From Candidatus Planktophila sp. (lineage in GTDB: Bacteria > Actinomycetota > Actinomycetes > Nanopelagicales > Nanopelagicaceae): a stretch of 50,468 nt of DNA. Numbering within the stretch: the stretch's first letter is position 1; each line of letters opens with the position of its first letter. Positions 48,140 through 50,468 of this stretch are shown here, piece after piece. The notes below the pieces were generated by a model. It ran no database searches. It was given only the letters and a program-made list of their open reading frames with translations, and had not been told where the DNA came from. The position numbers and the translations under genes were made by a program. The DNA lies in assembly GCA_044378655.1 (NCBI GenBank), contig JBILXJ010000001.1, positions 1 to 50,468 of the forward strand. Reading direction: 5' to 3'.

Positions 48140-50468
48140 TAGCAATTGACGATTCGGTTATGCGACCAAAGTAGGTCATCGATCTTTAACGCTATTTCGG
48201 CTAGATCCTTTGCTTGGCCAGTTACTGAGAAGGTGTGACTTTCACCAGCCAGCAATGAAACTATTTGTGAATCAACTTGGGTGCCAAGTGCGAGTAGTTC
48301 GGGCATGAATGAAAGTTCGTGAATGTAAGTATTGGCTTTGACCGTAACGTGCAGAGTGCCTCCGCTAATTGCCGCAGTAGCACTTAGATCATGTTTTGGT
48401 GATTCTTTCGCTGGAGTCAAAGTAGTACGACGAGACGCACGAACTTCTGGGCAAGTCGCAAGAATGAATCCTTCATAATGTCCGTCGGCAATCTCTGGGA
48501 ATATCTCGACCGCCGGTGTACGAGAAACGCTGTAACGTTCAAGATTGACATCGATGCTGTGGTTCTTTACAACGACTCCAGTTTTATCTATCAAAGAAAG
48601 TTCTACTTTTATTCTCCACGGATCTGGCAGATCGTTTAACAAGGTAATTTGTGCTCCTTGGTCAACGCGGCCAACCACAATTGCTCTTGGTTGGTATGCA
48701 GATTTCATCGCATGCCAAGCCAATTTGCGGAAACCTGTGTAATCCAACACTGCCCAAGAAATTGCCGGCCACATATCGTTAAATTGCCAGAGAATCGCAC
48801 CACTGCAAGTTTCGTAGAGGCTGCGGAAGTGCTTTAGACCAATTTCAACAGCGCGTGCCTGACCAAGTGCGGCAGCGAAATACCATGCGTGTCCACGCGT
48901 TGGTGGGTTAGCAAACTCGCGCGAGAGACCTGCGGCAATCTTGCTCATGCCATCAAAAGCGCGCTGGTGATACGCAACTTCATCTGAGGTAGCTACTAGA
49001 TCATCACTACCAATTGCGCGAGTAAGCATCGACCATGAACCTGGCCCATTAAAACCAAATTCAGCGGCAAAACTAGGGGAGTATTGCTCGTAACGTTCAT
49101 ATCCAGTTTCGTTCCAGACATCCCAGATATGGATTGTTCCAGAGTCGAAAGATTTCACATTGTCTGAGTGAGTACTAAATGGTGAACCAGGAATGTATGG
49201 TCTAGTGGTATCGATTTTCTTAAGCGTATTTGGAATTGTCTGTAGGTAGAAAGTTTCACCCCAAGGTCGACCTTCCAGCCCTTCTTGCCAACCCCAATAT
49301 TGGAAACCCTCGATACATTCATTGCCACCATTCCAAATTACTAATGATGGGTGGCTCGCCAAGCGACGAACGTTCTCATCTACTTCAGCTTCAACTTCTT
49401 CAAACATTTCTGGGATCTCGGGATAAGCCGCACAAGCAAATAGGAAATCTTGCCAAACAACTATTCCTTCTTGGTCACAGAGATCGTAGAAGTCATCTGA
49501 CTCATATAACCCGCCGCCCCAAACGCGGATCCCGTTGATATTTACTTCCAACATATCCTTAATGCGTTGGTGGTAACGCTCGCGAGTTACGCGAGTAGGG
49601 AAAGGATCATCTGGAATCCAGTTGGCACCGCGAATCCAAAGACGTTCGCCATTAACCTTGATTGCAAAGTGATTCTTACCTGGTGCAGATTCCGATGTAT
49701 CTAGTTCGACCAGACGAAATCCAGTTTGTTTTGTAGCTAGTTCTAGTTCGCTGCCATTGGAGGCAATCAAAGAGAACTCGACATCATAAAGAGTTTGTGC
49801 ACCACGACCACGGGGATGCCAAATTTGAGCAGTTGGAACTGCAAAATCCAGTTCAGTTTGAGCGCCTGCTACTGCCTTTTCTTCCCTGATCAGCACTTCG
49901 CCGTTCTTACTCTTGACAGTGACGGCAACTTTCTTTCCAGCTAATTCTCCAGCACACGCAATCTGCGCCGAGAGATGCGGAACGCCATTTTTTAGCGTTG
50001 AAGTAAGAGCAGTATTTTCAAGGTAGGCATCTGTCCAAGTATGAAGCAGGATGGGTTTCCAGATTCCTGAGGAGATTGTGATGGGACCCCAATCCCAACC
50101 GTAACTGCAAGCCATTTTACGCTGGTAGTTATAGGGCATCTCGTATGGGCGTGGATAAGCAGTTCCGAGCTCTGCCAATTTGGTTTCTGCATCGGAAAGA
50201 GGTGCGGCAAAAGAGATCTTGAGACTTACGTCGCCGGCGGCAAGTAGTTTTGTAATGTCGAGCCGATAAGAACGATGCATATTCTTAGTCGTTAGTACAA
50301 CGTTGTCATTTAGCTCAATACTGGCAATTGTGTCTAAACCTTGAAACACCAGATGCTTTTCAGTGGGCGAGGAATCCTGCTTGATCAAGGTTGAATATTG
50401 GCTATCGGTCTTCCAGATCCAGAATTGATCTTGTTCTTTGCCATCGATGGAAATATCTTTAATTATCC
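48139..50468 (-). CDS. Glycoside hydrolase family 2, beta-mannosidase-like (5' end outside window)
   Basis: GLDT, RKMACSYGWDWGP, RGANWIP, RVWGGG, WQDFLFAC, WNGGNE, AEFG, WQFNDMWP. The frame stays open from 50388 to the window edge. Confidence 0.92.
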   Translation of the reverse strand, partial: IIKDISIDGKEQDQFWIWKTDSQYSTLIKQDSSPTEKHLVFQGLDTIASIELNDNVVLTTKNMHRSYRLDITKLLAAGDVSLKISFAAPLSDAETKLAELGTAYPRPYEMPYNYQRKMACSYGWDWGPITISSGIWKPILLHTWTDAYLENTALTSTLKNGVPHLSAQIACAGELAGKKVAVTVKSKNGEVLIREEKAVAGAQTELDFAVPTAQIWHPRGRGAQTLYDVEFSLIASNGSELELATKQTGFRLVELDTSESAPGKNHFAIKVNGERLWIRGANWIPDDPFPTRVTRERYHQRIKDMLEVNINGIRVWGGGLYESDDFYDLCDQEGIVVWQDFLFACAAYPEIPEMFEEVEAEVDENVRRLASHPSLVIWNGGNECIEGFQYWGWQEGLEGRPWGETFYLQTIPNTLKKIDTTRPYIPGSPFSTHSDNVKSFDSGTIHIWDVWNETGYERYEQYSPSFAAEFGFNGPGSWSMLTRAIGSDDLVATSDEVAYHQRAFDGMSKIAAGLSREFANPPTRGHAWYFAAALGQARAVEIGLKHFRSLYETCSGAILWQFNDMWPAISWAVLDYTGFRKLAWHAMKSAYQPRAIVVGRVDQGAQITLLNDLPDPWRIKVELSLIDKTGVVVKNHSIDVNLERYSVSRTPAVEIFPEIADGHYEGFILATCPEVRASRRTTLTPAKESPKHDLSATAAISGGTLHVTVKANTYIHELSFMPELLALGTQVDSQIVSLLAGESHTFSVTGQAKDLAEIALKIDDLLWSHNRIVNC

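Overview
Gene-dense chromosomal segment of a streamlined freshwater actinobacterium, most likely acI / Ca. Nanopelagicales (Planktophila-like). This is inferred from actinobacterial gene order, unusually low GC for the phylum, tiny or overlapping intergenic gaps and a lineage-typical secreted-protein motif. From left to right: glnA (partial), RDD, DUF4191, acyltransferase, lipA-lipB, MMPL and oxidoreductases, dlaT/sucB-lpdA-pepA, gcvT, nadA, erpA, adenosine kinase, a degenerate IscS-like gene, the ctaCDF / ctaE-qcrCAB respiratory supercomplex genes, trpD, a DEDDh exonuclease, an Opp/Dpp peptide ABC transporter, MFS, M3 peptidase, tRNA-Val(GAC), and a GH2-GH28-AT3-SGNH operon running off the right edge. 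No CRISPR, integrase or transposase was seen. Most notable: (1) an antisense gene splits the peptide ABC operon, and its opposite strand is a 216-aa open frame coupled to oppC at one end and oppD/F at the other, with apparent avoidance of the codons that would close it (possible translational bridge); (2) paired loss of the Mg/Mn-site residues in both core subunits of the aa3 oxidase; (3) an IscS-like protein lacking the PLP lysine but keeping the catalytic Cys; (4) a Cys-free, non-lipoprotein substrate-binding protein in a monoderm; (5) a split AT3 + SGNH pair coupled to glycosidases. All calls come from reading the sequence and recalled family motifs; no searches were run.
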